Assembly: GCF_006345805.1 (NCBI RefSeq)
Contig: NW_021826671.1
Coordinates: 1 to 12,123 of the forward strand
Source: Octopus sinensis
Lineage: Eukaryota
DNA: 12,123 bases
Direction of reading: 5' to 3'
The translations under genes were made by a program, and so were the position numbers. Below the pieces are notes generated by a model. It worked only from the letters and a program-made list of their open reading frames with translations, did no database searches and was not told the origin of the DNA. Positions 8,579-12,123 of the stretch are shown here, piece after piece. Each line of letters begins with the position of its first letter. The stretch's first letter is position 1.

Positions 8579-8910
8579 TAGTGCGTAGGAGGGATCTGGA
8601 CGTGTGTATGTATAGGGTTGGTGTATGTATTAGTATGTATATAAGGGTGTGTGTGTGTGTGTGTGTGTGTATGAGAAGTATTAGTGCGTAGGATTGGTCT
8701 GGACGTGCGTATGTATGGGGTTGGTGTATGTATTAGTATGTATTAGTATGTATTAGTACGTATTAGTATGTATAAGTGTGTGTGTGTATGAGAGAGTATA
8801 AGTGCGTATGAGGGGTCTGGACGTGTGTATGTATAGGGTTGGTGTATGTATTAGTATGTATTAGTTGTATTAGTACGTATTAGTATGTATTCGTTGGTGT
8901 ATTATTAGTA
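8579..8910. repeat. Three-unit minisatellite in the second pseudo-LTR
   Basis: Units start at ~8579, ~8682 and ~8800, with the same organisation as 4101-4438 but different (GT)n lengths. Confidence 0.9.
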
Positions 8911-9347
8911 TGGCACATCATATATGATGTGTTGTGTAAAGTCGTGGTGGGTAGTGAGGAGAGAGGGGGGAGAGGGAGAAGAGGGGGAGAGAAGGGAGGG
9001 GAAGAGAGGGGGGAGGAGAAGAAGAGGGGAGGAGAGGGGGAAGAGGGGGAAGAGGAGAGGATGGGGAGGAGGGGGAGGAGGAGGAAATAGGGAGAGGGGG
9101 AGAGAGAAGGGGAGTGAGGGAGTGAGGGAGCAGAGGGAAGGGGAAGAGGGAAGGAGGAGGGAGAAGAGGGAAGAAGGGAAGGGGAGTAGGGGTTGAAGGA
9201 TGAAGGACTGAAGAAGAAGTAGGGGTCGGGGGGAAGGCTAGGAGAGGGGGGAGAGGGGGTTAGATGAGGAGGGGGGAGAGTTGAGACCAAATGGCGTATA
9301 AGAGCGAAGAGAGAAGATTAATTCCTGTTCACGGCCTATATATATAT

Positions 9348-12123
9348 GATTTTTGATTTTTCCAGTTTCAGCTAATGAGCTGTGGCCATACTGGGGCACC
9401 GCCATTTGGTTTGCTACACGGGTTTACCTCACGGATGCTTTTTAGCAAACGCCATCTGATGCATGAGAGAGTTCGGTTCTGGCGTTTGTGTGACTCTCGA
9501 TGCCAAAGTCTGGGACAAGACCTTCCAGGATCTTCCAGATATATATTATGGCATATCTTTCTCGCCTTCGCTCCAGGGAATAGAGCTTTAATCTCTTGAG
9601 TCTCTCCCAGTAGCTCGTATGCTGCACAGAGGTTATCTTCTTCGTGTAGCTTCGTTGGATCGCCTCAAGTTCTGTGATCAACTTGACACTGGATGGTGAC
9701 CATAGCTGAGAGCAATAATCAAAGTGGCTTAGGACAAGTGTCTTCCAGAGGACCATCATGGTTTCTTGTTCTCTTGTTCTATAGGTTCTAAGAATCCATC
9801 CAGCCAGCCGTCTGCATTCATTGTCAGTTTAGCAACATGTACATGAAAGGTCGCGTCATCACTCATGTGAATACCCAGGTCACGCACTGATTGTGCCTTG
9901 GGATTGCCAATCCCTCCGGGTCCAGGTATTCCTTGGGATTGCATTCAGTTTGCATGCTGATAGTATAAAGCTTGAAACTTTTCAGCATTGAACTGCATGC
10001 TATTCTTTTCAGACCACTTGTATATTTCGTCCAGCTCACATTGCAGGTGCTTAGTGTCTTCAGGGTTCTGTATTGCCTGTGAAACTTTTGTATCATCTGC
10101 ATAACTTGTGATCGTGGCTCTCCGCGTGGTTGAGGGCATGTCTGAGAGGGCCATTATGAACAGTAGTGGTCCCAAAACAGTGCCCCTGGGAACACCCGCT
10201 CACTATTTGAGTGCTAACCACCTGACTTCTATTCTTTCAAAAAGTCATGAAGCGATTCTCCTAGTTTTCCAACTATGCCAAGATCACGCAGTTGTGACAT
10301 ATCATTCCATGATCGACTTTATCGAAGGCCTTTGCGAAGTCGAGATATATGACTTCCACATTTGAGTGGTTGAGCAGTTGTTTCAGCACCCAGTCATAGT
10401 GCTGCAGGAGCTGAGTTAAGCAGCTTCTTCCTGGTCGGAAACCATGTTGGGTGTCAGGCAGCAAGTCATTTTCTTCAAGGAAGGTGATTAGTTTCCTTCT
10501 GACTATTCGTTCCATGACCTTGCTGATGTGTGAGGTCAGAGAGATAGGTCTGTAGTTCTTGGCCTCCGCTCTGCTACCTACCTCCTTGAAATAGGGCATA
10601 TTTTCCTTCCTTCAGTTTTCTTGGAAGTTTGCCAGCTGCAAGAAGCTCTGAAAGAGGAACTGCAGTGGTCTTGCTAGGACTCTCTTACATACTTTTAGAG
10701 GATTGTGCCGGGAATCATCGGGGCCAATAGCTGAGTCTGTTTTTCATTTCATCTATAGCCTTTATTACATCGTCTTCCTTTATACGATGTAATTTATCGT
10801 CGCCGCCTCCTCTGATTCTATATCTGCAGTGGTAAGAAGTCAGTTGGATTGCTGATTTGGAAATGCCCAAAGGGTGGAGTGAAAACACTCTTGAATTGTT
10901 CATTCAGTATTTCACTTACCCTCATTGGTTTTCCTGTGAGTGTGCCATCCTTTTCAAGGAGTGGCCCTATCCTACAGTGCACCGTAGCTGTTTCTTTGGC
11001 ATACCTGTAGAAAGCTCTGGGGTTAGTTTTTATGTTGTCTATAGCCCAGGCTTCTTTGTCTGCTCTTTCTTCTCATGGGAGAGTTGCAGACAATTTTCAA
11101 TTTCCAACAGTTTTATTTTCAGGCGGGACTTTTCACTGCTTTCAATCTGTGTTTAGGCGATTTGAGATTTTTGTACGCCGTCTCATTAAAATTTTCCTCT
11201 CTCTGGGGATTTTTTCTTGTGTACAGTGGCCTTTCTCTCTGGGACACATTTGTAGCATATGGCTTGCATTACAGACATGAATTGTTGAAGTATCATGTCG
11301 ATGTCCGGCGAGGAGACTTTAGGCCAGTTTTGTTTGAGGATCTCTTTCTCAATTTGTTTTCCAGTTTGCCTTATTGAAGTTCAAGCTGGAAAGATTCTGA
11401 GGGTTTCTTGTAGGCTGCATGTCCGTGCTCTCTTTTGGCCCGTACATGGTCAGCTCTAACATGTTTGTGATCCGAGAGTAGTGTCGGTGTCACTTATGGA
11501 TGAGATCCATATTATTTGTGAAGCAGAGATCCAGTGTGTTACCTGCTCTGGTTGGTTGGAGTATTACTTGCTCCATGTACAGGGTGTTGGTGAGGTTCAG
11601 GAGGGACCTCGCCTGTCCTCGTTCACATCTTGTCATTCCTGGGAGAGAAAGGCCCTCGGGCTATCTGACACTGGGCAGATTGAAGTCTCCCATGAGAAGT
11701 ACACTTATGTGTTGTTCTAATGTGATTAGAACTTCTATTTTTATAAGGCAGTCCTCAAACCTGCCCATATGACTTGGGGCATCTGGAGGGCGATATGTAG
11801 CACACACAACTACATCAAGTTGCCTTATGTGTACAATTAGTGTGTCACACACCGAGTTTGAGTATGACAAAAGGACCTGGGGTGTGAGGTCCTCACGGAT
11901 GTACATAGCAACTCCTCCATGACTCCTTTCTTTCCTGTCGGTCCGTAGTACAACATACTGTGGTATGTGTAACTCCGCATCTGCTATGTCCGGTTTCAGA
12001 TGCGTTTCTGTGAGTGCTATGCATAAGGCTTGATTGCATGCGACGAAGTCTCTCAGGAACGGGACTTTTGTCCTGTTACTGTGTGTTAGTAGTCCTCTGA
12101 TGTTCAGTAGGAGCATCGAGGTG
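9348..12123 (-). mobile_element. CR1/L2-group LINE, copy B2, inverted relative to B1; runs off the window
   Basis: 9348-12040 is the reverse complement of 796-3767, with substitutions and indels. It adds the APE N-terminus (LLNIRGLL..ALTETHL) at 12041-12116. YADD is at 10092-10103; also QHGFRPGRSC and YLDFAKAFDKVDH. TAG replaces TGG at 11661-11663. Tail is (AAAAATC)2 at 9348-9361. Confidence 0.95.

Larger units (their letters stand above)
3776..9335 (-). mobile_element. Penelope-like retroelement (probably Neptune-type), partial-tandem structure with pseudo-LTRs
   Basis: PLE-type RT and a C-terminal GIY-YIG endonuclease on the minus strand, ~1.05 kb direct repeats at both ends, and hammerhead-like motifs in the repeats. 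No gag, protease or integrase motifs are visible. Confidence 0.93.
8256..9335 (-). repeat. PLE direct repeat (pseudo-LTR), 5' copy, equivalent to a 5'-truncated upstream tandem unit
   Basis: Matches 3776-4820. On the minus strand it begins inside the endonuclease C-terminus (REQ..LIFSLRSYTPFGLN). Confidence 0.95.

Noticed and set aside
3776-9335. LTR retrotransposon
   Set aside because: The repeats lack TG..CA ends and contain ORF 3' sequence. No gag, protease or integrase is visible. The RT/GIY-YIG pair is PLE-type.
796-12040. Single giant terminal-inverted-repeat or composite transposon, or a fold-back read artefact
   Set aside because: The arms differ by many substitutions, have different tails and different 5' extents, and one carries a private deletion. 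B1 has its own candidate TSD, so these are independent LINE insertions.

Overview
This is eukaryotic repeat DNA made entirely of nested retroelements around an interrupted (TA)n microsatellite, with no host gene visible. In order: (1) the 3' end of a CR1/L2-group LINE, family A (+, 1-273); (2) about 520 bp of interrupted (TA)n; (3) a 5'-truncated APE-endonuclease/RT LINE, copy B1 (+, 796-3767), ending in (AATC)8; (4) a near full-length Penelope-like element (PLE, minus strand, 3776-9335) with RT, a C-terminal GIY-YIG endonuclease and ~1.05 kb direct repeats (pseudo-LTRs), each carrying a minimal hammerhead-like motif; (5) a second copy of LINE B in the opposite orientation (B2, minus strand, 9348 to the window end). 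All ORFs are broken by many 1-bp indels, often in homopolymers, so sequencing error cannot be separated from decay. Most interesting observations: a covarying two-hairpin plus GAAAC 3' RNA motif shared by both LINE families, a non-canonical hammerhead core (CUGUUGA), a reconstructable insertion order into (TA)n with candidate target-site duplications (TSDs), and an abrupt divergence breakpoint between B1 and B2. I see no convincing evidence of a wholly new biological system. Family and clade names come from motif recognition, not database searches.
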